DNA of 63,278 nucleotides, counting the filler, from Choristocarpus tenellus KU-1152 (lineage: Eukaryota > Protista > Phaeophyceae), in NCBI GenBank assembly GCA_964200185.2. It is 9 parts of 9 records of this genome, joined end to end, with 100 filler letters (N's around TTAATTAATTAA, not from the genome) between each part and the next. Parts side by side here need not be neighbours in the genome. Positions count along the whole stretch, not along the records: positions 17,372 to 31,806 come from CAXNAD020001193.1; positions 31,907 to 35,760 come from CAXNAD020017560.1; positions 35,861 to 40,775 come from CAXNAD020012547.1; 6 more parts are not named here. One strand, written 5' to 3'. Within the stretch, counting starts at the first letter, position 1, and every line of letters begins with the position of its first letter. A program made the position numbers and the translations under genes. This document shows, in pieces, positions 27,701 to 38,682 of the stretch. Under the pieces are notes generated by a model. That model was not told the DNA's origin. It did not search any database and worked only from the letters and a program-made list of their open reading frames with translations.

Positions 27701-29369
27701 TGAGTTGATAAACCTTCCTCCTTTTACTATTCCTATCCCAGTGCACTTACAACACACCACTTCTTTCAAGGGCAAAGCAGCTTTAGGGTAATAGTGAGGG
27801 TTACATCCTTAGAGCATATAACATACAACAATACCATCAACACTACCTATACCAGCACACAGTATTCCCAGTGATGTACCTGTTCTCCGTCAGGATCTTT
27901 TTCGTCTTGACTAACATCTGTGTCAGTCTCCCATTCAGACGAATCAGAATCCTCAGGCCTTCCAATGACACATAATAAACGTGTTCAGGCATGAGTAGCA
28001 ACAAATAACAAGGGTTGGGGGGGGGGAGGAAACAACATTGATCAGGCCAATGCCTCAACACTTTAGGTGTATTCGACAAGTTGAGTCACCTTCTTAAGGC
28101 AAAAATTGATATCTACACAGCATCATTTGATTGGTGGATTAACAAACCACGGCAGCAGGCAGGGGTTGCACATAACAGGATATACATATTTTTGAGGCCC
28201 CATAGAAATCTAGTATATATTTTGTGGGTGGAATCGAAACAACAACAGCAACCCACAAATAACAAGCACCTATGCCACACCTGTATTTCCAATAATTGGC
28301 TCAATTTTCTCTCTCTAAAAGATGCTCAAGGCACTGGCCTGTACAAGCCCACATGATTGTCTCAAAACCACCTCGTATTCATAACATATAGCTCTACTGC
28401 TACAAGAATATCAAGGCATTATGAATTATCAACCCACTTGGTAGGTTCCTCTAGCTCCACTTCCAGGACCTCTGCCTCAGTAGCCCGCCGGGCCCGCAGT
28501 CGCTCCCGCACACGTGCCCTCCGTGCTGCAATAGCATCATCATCCTCATCCTCCTCAACCTGGCCTGCATCAGCTGCTTCACTTGTTGGGCGATAAATGA
28601 CATCACCCTCCACTCCTACTCAAGCAGGTAAGTGTGAGCAGTGACTGGCATTGATTTGGAAGCAGTGGAGAATGCTTTCTGCTCATATTGTCTGCAAGAG
28701 CTGGCCCACAAGATCCATATCAATGGCATACAGGCATCTTGCATTGAGATTGGCAGACACTGCATTTGTCGGGAAGCATGACCATTTCCATACACTGTCA
28801 AGAATTAGTTTGATTCCCCCTCTGACTGCACACCATGCGGTTGACATTTTGGTTTGACCAATGGAGAAGCTTCACTTACCTTCATCATCAGAGCGTCCAC
28901 CAAATACCGGTCCATCACTGTCACTCTCAGAATCACTGCTCTGCATCACCTGTGCCTCATGAACTGCACGCTTCCCCAGGTGCTCACCTACAAAGGCAAT
29001 CACAATGTAACACAAGATCAAGTCGTTGGAAACCACATTGAACTACTAGACTGGAAAAAGCAAACAAACAGGTGAGATAATTTTGTTCCATCGTTTGATC
29101 TGCCCAATGGTAAGACTTGTCGGGTTTACTCTACACTCACCATCCTGTTTTCCCCTTCCATGTATGTTTTGCAGAGATAATCTTGCCAGCTGGGCATCCA
29201 TAGCTGCATCCCGACCGGCCTTGTACTTAGCCTTTCCCTTACCAGACTTGGAGGAATGAAGGGAGTCGACCTGGCCGGCTTGTTCCTCATCATGGACCCA
29301 ACCTGGTGCTTGGCCAGCACGGTAGATATGTATTTTCTTGGACGGGTCTCGCCTAGGTATCAGAGTCTC
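21755..29369 (-). CDS. MFAP1: Microfibrillar-associated protein 1 (spliceosomal B-complex factor); 11 exons resolved, start exon uncertain
   Basis: Exons 29243-29369, 28880-28987, 28438-28615, 27880-27958, 26510-26617, 25516-25647, 23928-24008, 23583-23726, 23177-23281, 22141-22235, 21755-21842, all phase-compatible. Motifs: [87 protein letters not shown]. Confidence 0.96.
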
Positions 29370-30792
29370 CTGAGGTCCAGAAAGCTCACTTGGGATTGCA
29401 GCGTGTGGGGTTATGGGAATACATTATGCCTGCAGAGTACATCCACTTTTTCGGGGCATCTCGCCAAGAAAAATAGCTATTATGGGCAAGGGCAATCAGA
29501 TCAACTACTAGAAGGGTTCCTACTTGAGAAATGATCGAATACAACAAGGTTTCCAGTTAGTCGAACATGTTACGCACTTTAAAGGGTTGAGGCAGCACAC
29601 ACTCTTCGAGGTCACTAGTCATCATCTTTTTTTCCTCAAATAATAGTTTTGCTGGGAAACCTGCATGTTTCGTGTATTTCTCAACCTTGAATACTATATG
29701 AGAACGTGAGGTTAAGTTGGAAGCTGGAGTCTCTGTGTAGGAAATACTTGACACGGAGCTGCATGGAATACCCTTAGCAGTTGGCGCAGGTGTTCAAAGC
29801 TATGACGTAAGGGATGAAACAGTTTCACCTATCCATATACACATGTATCAGCACGGATTTCGATCAACCACCAGGTGCATCCTGAGTGAAAGTCACTAAG
29901 GACTGGGTACTCAAGAGTAGCCCCGCCCATGCCTAACACGCACGTTCACTTATTGGATACGCCCGTATTCACATCAAGTCCACTCAGCATATTAAAGATA
30001 AATAGAGAGCCACCTGTCATCGCGGGTGAATCTCAAAGTGTCGGCATCCCCAATCGTGTCAGAGAGCAGTGCCAGGTCTCTCTTCCCGAAATTCATTGTT
30101 CACGTTGGGATCCAAACAAAGAACGTGCTCCAATAAAACCTTGTCTCCACCAAAAACGGAAGACCATGCACTACCTAGCCGTCTTTCCTGCTCTAGTAAC
30201 CCTGGTACATATCCTCTGTTGTAGCAATGTAACAGTGGGGTTTAGGTGAGAAGGACGAGAGAGGTGTGGATGGATCAGGGCGTATGGTTATTCCGTACGG
30301 AATACCAGAGTGATCATACGGATACGAAGGGTTAGTGGAGAGACAGATTGGGTTGGGGGATTAGGGGGACCAACGGAAATCACTGGGCATTGCACTGGGT
30401 CTATGACTGATACGCCGCCGCAAGTATAATGTGAAATCTAAACCTACTGACCTATCCTGTTCCAAAAAACGAGGTGGCCCCAGGTTTCTTCCAGACGAGT
30501 ATGCACCAAATTCAAAAAAATGATCATTTCAACAGCGACCAAGAGGAGAACCCAATGCACGAGAAGTAAGGCACCAGCACCAGGCAGGTTGTACAGAGAT
30601 TACTTGAAAGGAGAAAATTAGAAAGCGAGAGAGAAAAGAATAGAACGCGTTGCTTGTGGCGTCGTACAGGAGATGAAAAGGGAGGAAGATCTGACAAACG
30701 GGGTAAAGTTAAATAGGAATGGGGTCGTTATGACTGCATCGAGCGTGCGTATCATAAAAGAGAAGGGTGAGAATGAGCTGCGATATGCACAA

Positions 30793-31197
30793 ATGCCGCC
30801 GCTTCGGGTCCAAGACCATAGATGCGATATTTTGGGGCTCGAGGTGGAGAGACAAGGCGATTTGAGAATATTTTCTTACCCTTTAATCCTAGGTTTAAAA
30901 ACTGGAGGCATTCTGCATTGCATCGGTTCTGCGGTGAAGAATTCGGGTCCTAAGCTCTGTACAAGAGTATGAGCAAGAGTTCATCAGCTAATAGATGATC
31001 GTGGTTTGGACTTTAAGGCAGAACTTCTTGGCGTCAGCGGTTTTCGATGTGGGATATGTGAGCCTACAGAGGTCGAGGGCAAGGGTGAGAGGGAGAGGGG
31101 AAAAGATAAGGAGAAGTAGAAGAATGTATTTTGGGCTGCACAGTACGGGACCGTGGAACAGGTCTCCACCAAGGATAAACTGGCTGTCCTGATGGAC
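30793..31197 (+). CDS. Possible 5' exons of an unidentified gene divergent from MFAP1
   Basis: Candidate exons MPPLRVQDHRCDILGLE|gt, ..NFLASAVFDVGY|gtgag, cag|YGTVEQVSTKDKLAVLMD|gta; no family recognised. Confidence 0.25.
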
Positions 31198-31626
31198 GTA
31201 AATTCCTGAACTGGCAGGACAGGTGAAGGGGACCAGGGTGAAGACAGCATGGATACTGTCCCCTCACATTGTTACTCACAATCTGAATAATGACTCATTC
31301 GCAACATGATGGTACACCCGACCTTGCAATCGGATCACTAACATGTATTGGTATCGGTCCGACTTCAAAGTCAATTTACACCCAACTGCCGGAGTCAAAC
31401 TTGAAAAAAAAATGGGTGTGTTGTTCTACAGACATGATATGGTGACCAGCTGATTCCTAAGCACTGAACTGGCATGTCTAGTTACTGGCAAAATGATACA
31501 TCTTGGGACAGGGAAAAGAAAAGTGAGGGCATCAACAGCAAGCCATCCATCTTAGCCAATGATAGCATGCTAGAAGTCGCTTTGGAACTGTTGCTAGCCC
31601 CGTCACAGAAGAGTCATTGTTAAAAT

Positions 31627-31800
31627 GGGTCAAAGTATCTGGGGGGGGGGGTGTCGGCGTCCGTTATTCACCCTTTCTAAGATTTTCACCTTATTGGTGT
31701 GATTTGGTTGCATGTGTCAGATTTGAGATGTCCGTAAAAAAAAGAGTTTGACTGAAACGGACGCCCCCTCACAAACCACCCACCCCCCCCCCAGAGACTT
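31627..31800. mobile_element. MITE-like element, family 1 (TIR CAAAGTATCTGGG(A/G)GGGG)
   Basis: Whole length is homologous to the reverse complement of 52065-52230; G-run and C-run termini. Confidence 0.7.
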
Positions 31801-31906
31801 ATAGTCNNNNNNNNNNNNNNNNNNNNNNNNNNNNNNNNNNNNNNNNNNNNTTAATTAATTAANNNNNNNNNNNNNNNNNNNNNNNNNNNNNNNNNNNNNN
31901 NNNNNN

Positions 31907-31949
31907 CATACATACATACATACATACATACATACATACATACATACAT
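31907..31949. repeat. (CATA)n microsatellite
   Basis: Direct observation. Confidence 0.95.
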
Positions 31950-32310
31950 GCAACAGGTTGCCTTCCTGAAATGAATAGCACCAAAAAAGAAGGGACCCCT
32001 ACTTTAATATAATAGCCAGGTTTGGACCCTTTTGTATTCCAAGACCTCTTTCTTACTCTGTGTGATACACTATTTCATTGCGTTATGTGCACAGTAATGT
32101 TTGCAAAATATATACTCCCCCTTTCCATACACTAAGCGACACCGAATACAGCAAATAATGCTCTTTTTTAGCAGTTGTTGTAAGAAATAGCATACTTTTG
32201 CCCTTTCTTGGGAACCTTAAAATGCAACCCTGTCTACCTCTCGGTTTGATTCTCTCCTCAATATCCGTCAGTGTGATGAAAAGGTGTTTGTGAGTGCGCG
32301 CTAGGAACAC

Positions 32311-32578
32311 TGACTCGAACCAATCGAGAGGTAGGTAGGGTTGCATTTTATGGATCCCAAGAAAGGGCAAAAATAGGACGTTTAGTACCATTGCAGAAAG
32401 AGCTTTTGCTGAATTGCGGTGTCACTTAGTGTGTCGAAGAAGAGGAGAATATCAATTTTGCGTATACTTTGAATTCGTTAAAAGCAATGAAATAGAATGT
32501 GTTTTAGAGGATAAGAAAAGATTACTTAGAATAATGCAAAATGTTCAAACCTGCCTACCTCTCCATTGGTTTGGCTCA
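32311..32578. mobile_element. MITE-like element, family 2; related copy at ~44622-44790
   Basis: Imperfect TIR AACCAATCGAGAGGTAGGTAGG ... CCTGCCTACCTCTCCATTGGTT; second copy shares termini and the subterminal AAAAGAT..CTTAGAATA..ATGCAAAA. Confidence 0.6.
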
Positions 32579-33417
32579 CTACTACGAAGATGCAAAGTTC
32601 AGTCTGGAAAGGCGATAGGTGTATAGCATGACATGTGATGTACGCAATGGCCATTATAAGAGCACTACTGGCTAATATTATGATGCTTGAAATTATTACA
32701 AGGTCAACATGACCTTTTTCTAGGATGATAGGAGGTTGACATAAACCTACTTTGTCGTCGTGTTCACACCCACCACCCGTAGACTAAGAAGTAGAAGTAC
32801 TTTTTGCTACTCTTTTTTGTTGTTGTGTCACCCATTATGTTAGGGAGGTGTGACCGACCTGTATGACGTTCAGTTAGTTGGTGTTTTTCTTGTCGTCTTT
32901 CGATACCTCCTTTCCCCTCTTCTCTTGAACCGTATCACCACAGTCCCCACCAGTACCACGTTGAGTTTCCATGATGGGGCTATGATGGGGTTGGGGTGTG
33001 TGATACAATGGTTTGTCTTGACTTAAGAACCAATGACAAATCCAGAACTTTTTTGATAACATAAAAATTGTACTACTATATTATTTATATAGTGGTAGAT
33101 ACAATGGAATCTATCTTGAATAATATGTTGAAACACATCCAAGATTAGTGAAGGGTGGAACGGCAAAGGAAGAAGGTTTGGCTTCAAAAAGAGTGTTGGT
33201 TTGAGCGATGCGTTTTTGGTTGACACACGAGCAACAAGGATCGAGTTCTAATGAAGTGACCAATAGTTTCAAGTTACTCTGAAGTTGTGGGAGGTTGAAT
33301 GCAATGTGATATTAACGTCTGCCAAAGGGCAAATATGTTTTTCGTCTTGGAAATCGTTGGAGCTGGTCAATATTAGTCTAGACCATTGGGGGACTCCATC
33401 TCGGACGCCATCGACTG

Positions 33418-35533
33418 ATGGCATCAATATTGGGGCAAGATAACAATTCCAGTGTGTCCCGTCTTAGGAAAGGACAGCACCGGCACTCGAAAGGGGAGAT
33501 TGAAGACGTAAAGCTGGAGAGAGGGATGGACGACGATGATCTGGATCTCGTGAGTTTGAGGACTAAGGATGTCAATTTTCCAGACCTATAAGAGATCCAC
33601 ACTTCTCTCTATCCTGAATGCGAGACTTCTCCTGACATTGATCTTGATTATCGGCGCCTAAGTAAATCCAGATGTACCAATCGATCACCTCCAACCGCTT
33701 GAATGTTGATGCACACACAGGTATTTTTGAGAGAGATGGAGGAACTGGAGAGTGTCGACGAAGGACACCCTCAGGAAGATGACCCTGATTCAGACATAGA
33801 TGGTGACTATTCGAGCTGGAATATAATGGCGGATAGTTTTAGACTCGACGATTCTGCCAATACTTTACAAGAAGACCTTAGTTCTACGTTCGAGTGGTCG
33901 CAACTGACGATATCCTCCCACAAAGTATGTAGATACATGGAAAGGGCTGAAGAAGAGATCGTCGAGATTGACTCTTTAAGAATGTCATCTCAGCTACACC
34001 TTAAACCACGGAAAGGCAGTAATACGCAAGGAAATGAAGAGGAACAGCATCCTGTAGGAGTCACCCAACAACATGTCTCGCGCACTGTAGACGAGTCTGG
34101 GACCAACCCAATGAGCGATCCAATGACTTACGATGTCCCATCAGCAAGTCTTCCACTATTTTCGTCCAGCTCGTTTCCTGTCACGCAGGAGATAGTATCG
34201 CGTCAAGAGGACACACAAGCCCTAATCAAAATCAACACTTCAACCGTGCCTAGGGTAAACAGCCTCATCTCTGGGTCTGACATTGGCCCTGAACCGACAT
34301 TGCCGATTGGGGATTCACACCACATTCCAGATAAGTCGAGCACAATCAGAACTCTCGATATGGGCGGGGATCCCTCTGCATGCTCTTCTTTTGCCCCAAC
34401 TTCTCCACAAAAAGAGCACCGCCCAAGTATCGTTGTTATGAACCTTAAAACATGCACACACTCTGAAGATGATGCCAATGATGAAGTCCGAAAGACATAT
34501 ATTAATGGTGCTCGTCTCAGCAGAAGTGACAGCAATGATTCTAGCACACTTGAGGGTGAGGAAAGTTTGGTGAAAGCAGGAGTAAGGACGAACCTAGACC
34601 CTATGACCAGACTCCCTGGAAATGGTGGCAGCCCAGTAGCACAGAAAGTTGAACTTGCAGAGGAGATCAAGACTCTAGTGATGGAGACAACACCACATAC
34701 ACAAATGGTCATTCCATGGCTGTTGCAGTCATTTGAGACTGAGAGTCACCTTCGTCATCAACAGAGTCTTAATATCAAGCAAGACATCAGAGGATACTTG
34801 GAGGTGCAAGATTATGAATCGACGTGCCGCGTCCTCAAACCCGATGCAGTCGTAATACCTAAAGGGATTCAGGACAGCAGCGAGAACATAAGTCTAACAG
34901 AGAAGTCAGCTCCTGAGGAAGCCGTTATTTCTTTGCCCGATGTAGACAAAGAAACCCAATGCACCACATGGAATGCAGTATCTGAGTCAGAGCAGGAGTC
35001 CGAACTTTGGAAGAGAATTGATGAGAAGAGAATACTGGCGGTTGAGGATCGAAGGAGACAGAGGAGAAAAGAAATGCAGAGGTTGGTGCTCCCCCAATCC
35101 CTGTTTGGCGACAGAGGCATCCTCAATGCATAAACTTGAAAAATCGTTGCTTTTTTGGTGTACTTGTAAGTATTGTACCAAATATTTTGTGGACAACAAG
35201 TAGCTGTGTGTAGTGTGCCCCTATGGAATAGAGGAGTCATTGTTTTCTTCATTATCTCCCCCTGGTCCACATCACTGTCCTCTCTCTACCTTGCCTGGAA
35301 TAATGAAGAGCTGTTGAGGCAACATCAGCTGTACATCTGCAGGCGACATGGCGGGGACACTGTGCACGGACATGTCCTCAACTCAAGGCCAAGATATTGG
35401 AAAGGAAAGCAGAGGCAGCAGAGCGTGGGTGCATGACTTTGGCAGAGGAATGGAGCATTGGCGCTGCTGTATTCCTGGAAGAAATGCAAAGATTGAACAG
35501 GAAACATGAGGCACGGGAGTGTGAACTCATGGA
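33418..35533 (+). CDS. 5' exons of an IQ-motif (calmodulin-binding) protein with a long acidic, probably disordered N-terminus and coiled coil
   Basis: Exons 33418-33549, 33721-35081, 35309-35533 join in phase; third exon encodes SAVHLQATWRGHCAR ([IL]QxxWRGxxxR); truncated by the contig end. Confidence 0.7.
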
Positions 35534-35671
35534 GTAAGTCAGAGTGGTGCAGGGTTGTGCAGCTTTTGAGACTGGATAAAAATCTCCACCACTTGTGATT
35601 CAGGGGCTCCTTCTACATCTGCAGTGTCTTAATATCGTAGTGTGACCAACTACAACATTATACCACTTCTG

Positions 35672-35760
35672 ACCCAAAGTATCTGGGGGGGGGGGGGGGG
35701 GCGGTTTACACCAGGGGGTCCATTTGGTCCATGACCAGGAAAAGGGGGCTTAAATTATCC
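35672..35760. mobile_element. MITE family 1 terminus (partial)
   Basis: ACCCAAAGTATCTGGGG...TACACCAGGG.GTCC; reverse-complement homolog of 43085-43153. Confidence 0.65.
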
Positions 35761-35860
35761 NNNNNNNNNNNNNNNNNNNNNNNNNNNNNNNNNNNNNNNN
35801 NNNNTTAATTAATTAANNNNNNNNNNNNNNNNNNNNNNNNNNNNNNNNNNNNNNNNNNNN

Positions 35861-36720
35861 CCATAGTCCGGGGCCATCCCCCATTTTGAGGATCCCCTGT
35901 TCGATGGTGAAGTGTCTGGGTCAACTTTGCAAAGGAATCGGCACCCCTTGCACTATGGAGGATGGTAGCCAATTTACAGCAGATATTAATTTCTGTATGG
36001 ATCTGGTCTTCCATGCGGTGGCACTTGTGGACACCGGATTAGCTCCCTACCAAGACAAAGGCCTCCTCCTAGATGTTTGGTTTCTAGAAGTGCAAGCAGC
36101 CTCCCATCTGCCCAACTCGACCACCACCAATGGTATAGCTGCTGGTGTAGCTGAGGTGCGAAAGCGCACCCACTATGAGGGATCTTTTGGCCCTTGTAGA
36201 TATAACCTCAACATCTTTGCAGTGGAAAGCTTTGGGGGCCTTGGTAAGCAAGCAGAAAGTTTTCTGGATAAGCTAACTATACACACACGGCAGGGAGGAG
36301 GGACAGGAGGCTACAACAGTAGAAAAGGGTCAAACCCCGTCTACCCCAGATAGTCTCGGTCACAACGCAAGTAGCCCTATCTAGAGGTGTCATGTGTTTT
36401 TAAGCTGGAGACACCAGGGAGATGTGCACGGAGGGGCTTGTTAGATTCTTGGGATGCTTCCCTGGCTCCTCACCCTGGGGTACAGGACTAAGCAAGGTTG
36501 GAGCCATATAGGAAGGCAGTACTACACCATACCTGGTAATAAAATAGTAAATTTATTGGTGTCTTTTCACATTCCACAACAACTGTCATTTTTTGGGGGA
36601 TTTTTCTGACATGTGAATATTTTTCATTGGTTTTTCTTTTGACACATCTACAAAATGTTAGGTGGGATAAAAATATATAATTATATTGCGATTCGACCAG
36701 TTCAGTCAGTACTGTCCAAT
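35861..36720 (+). mobile_element. 3' end of a non-LTR retrotransposon with a restriction-like endonuclease (CRE-like)
   Basis: MDLV...LLLDV...AAGVAEVRKRTHY...FAVESFGGLGKQAESFLDKL matches the PD-D...AE..K..KY...ET.G..G pattern of RLE domains; second copy at 42161-42630. Confidence 0.75.
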
Positions 36721-37249
36721 CGGTGCAATTCATATTACTATTTTTTTGTAACTAAGAAGTTGTTTTGTTGCCAAACTATACTCCAATAACAACAAAGGGT
36801 GAATTATCTAACATTCAAAATAATAGATCATGAATGGAAAACACGCCTAATAACCATAACTTTCAATTTTCAACTCCACTCTCACCTCAAACGCAAGACT
36901 GAGATTGAGGTTGGTCAGATCCGCCGAAATCCATGGCAAAATGGTACTGATATTGATACTGCTGTTGTACATGGGAGTGGTGTCCGTAGGTGGGGTGGCG
37001 GTGATCGTCCAGTTTCGGATGCGGTGAGGGTTTCAACTCCCAAGTAAAAAATAACGCCAGGCATTCAATTCTAGTAAGATTTAAGACTAGTCAACGATAT
37101 TCTAGTGTACTGAGAATTATGCGAGGGACTCTATGCGCCGCTTGTGGAAGGGGGGTCTCTGGCTGCACCCCATGCTTTATCCAGCTAATTCCTGGAAACA
37201 TAAGAGTACGCGCACGTTGACCGGGTTATTTTTCGTGATATACGCTTGT

Positions 37250-38682
37250 GCAGGGTGGGCTGATATGCGCGTGACATATCAAAGCCGGACATGTGAGGGA
37301 TCGTACGGTTTCATACTGGATAACTATGGAGTATGGTGGCACTGATCACAGCAACCTCTTCTACGTATCTATTTCGCCTTTTAAAAAAAACAATCTCGGG
37401 TATGTTTTTTACTTATCCCTCTCAAAGCGTTCCTGTCTTTGCATGTCTATTCCACATGGTTCATTTTCCTAACCAAACTCGGATGTGCAGTGCTGGAGAG
37501 CTGAAGATACGAGCAAGATCACCAGCTCTCGCGACCTTCCCTGGTGTATACGCCGTCGTAGGTGAGGGAAAAGGGAGTGACTGTGAGGCACGAGTTGGGT
37601 GCTTCGAAGTATTCCCTATTATCCCCATCAGTTTGCACGGAGCAAGAACACAAACGAAATCCCGTCATGTCTAATATCACGCCTTCTCTGTCGCCCTTCT
37701 CTCAATGAGCAGTTGGTGGTATTCTTATACCCCTTCAGGAGGTGGTCCAATTGCAAAACTTGCGATATCCATGCAGACTAAATCTGTGGCAGTCCTGGCT
37801 CTTCCTTCCAGTCTGGGGAGCCCCATTCGCTCTGCGCTCTGTGCGAGTTGTTGTCGCCTCCAGCAAAGGTGAGGTGTGAGCCTCACAGGTTAAAAATGAA
37901 GTTTGCTGGGTCGTCTTGGTTATGTTTTGCTCTATTTTTGACAAGTGCTGAGGCACGACTCACTATCGACTCCCTTACATGGTGCTTTGCTCTGTGGACG
38001 CGCCCCTCCTTGCATCTAGCATGGAGAGAGACCTATGGTGTGTTGCTGCGAAGAAACACAACCCTGAAAATGTTGGCCTTCATTTGTATGGTGGCAGTGG
38101 GGATATTGGTCACTTTGGAGGAGATTTTGGCAAGGTACAAGCCAGGAAACCAGGGTACCTGCTACATGTTCATGGAATGGGAGGTGCTGCTACCATTCTG
38201 TGTACTGCAGGTATGTGCAAAGGAAGGTTATTGAGCTGAAGATCAATGCAGACTGGGGTATTTAAAGGAAAACATTCGGCAATGGCTGCCTTAAATCCGC
38301 AATATAGGTTGTTGGACTTCCCTCCAAAGTGGACAATATAAATTGTTTCTTGAATGGATGGCTATGGAGGTATACATAGAGCTATATGCTAGTGTGGGTT
38401 TCTTGTAGGTTTTATTCTGTGCCGACCAGAAGTACCTACCCATTATCGTGTCTTGTGTAGTGCCCCAAAAATGAACCCTTGCGCACTTGTGTACACCCAG
38501 CTCTGCTCCTCTTATTCCCTATCAACTCCCATGCAGTCTGTCATATTTGGGGTGCTAGGCAAATGCTTGGCTGATGTTGACGACCTACTCAACATCTCCA
38601 ATGAACTTCGAGTCAATTTTATGTCGTACCTGGTGTTTGCCCTGCCCTACTTTGTCCTGCAATTCTACTTTCGAACAACAAG
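37250..38682 (+). CDS. Multi-pass membrane protein resembling the 7TM region of 7TM-RGS proteins; partial
   Basis: Exons 37491-37561, 37713-37868, 38020-38210, 38537-38682, all AG/GT and phase-compatible: ELKIRARSPALATFPGVYAVVVGGILIPLQE...YPCRLNLWQSWLFLPVWGAPFALRSVRVVV...MLAFICMVAVGILVTL...CYMFMEWEVLLPFCVLQSVIFGVLGKCLADVDDLLNISNELRVNFMSYLVFALPYFVLQFYF. First exon unresolved; no RGS domain in this contig. Confidence 0.65.

Noticed and set aside
34203-35270. Antisense ORFs over large exons (also 49161-50252)
   Set aside because: Shadow frames of real coding exons with no independent support
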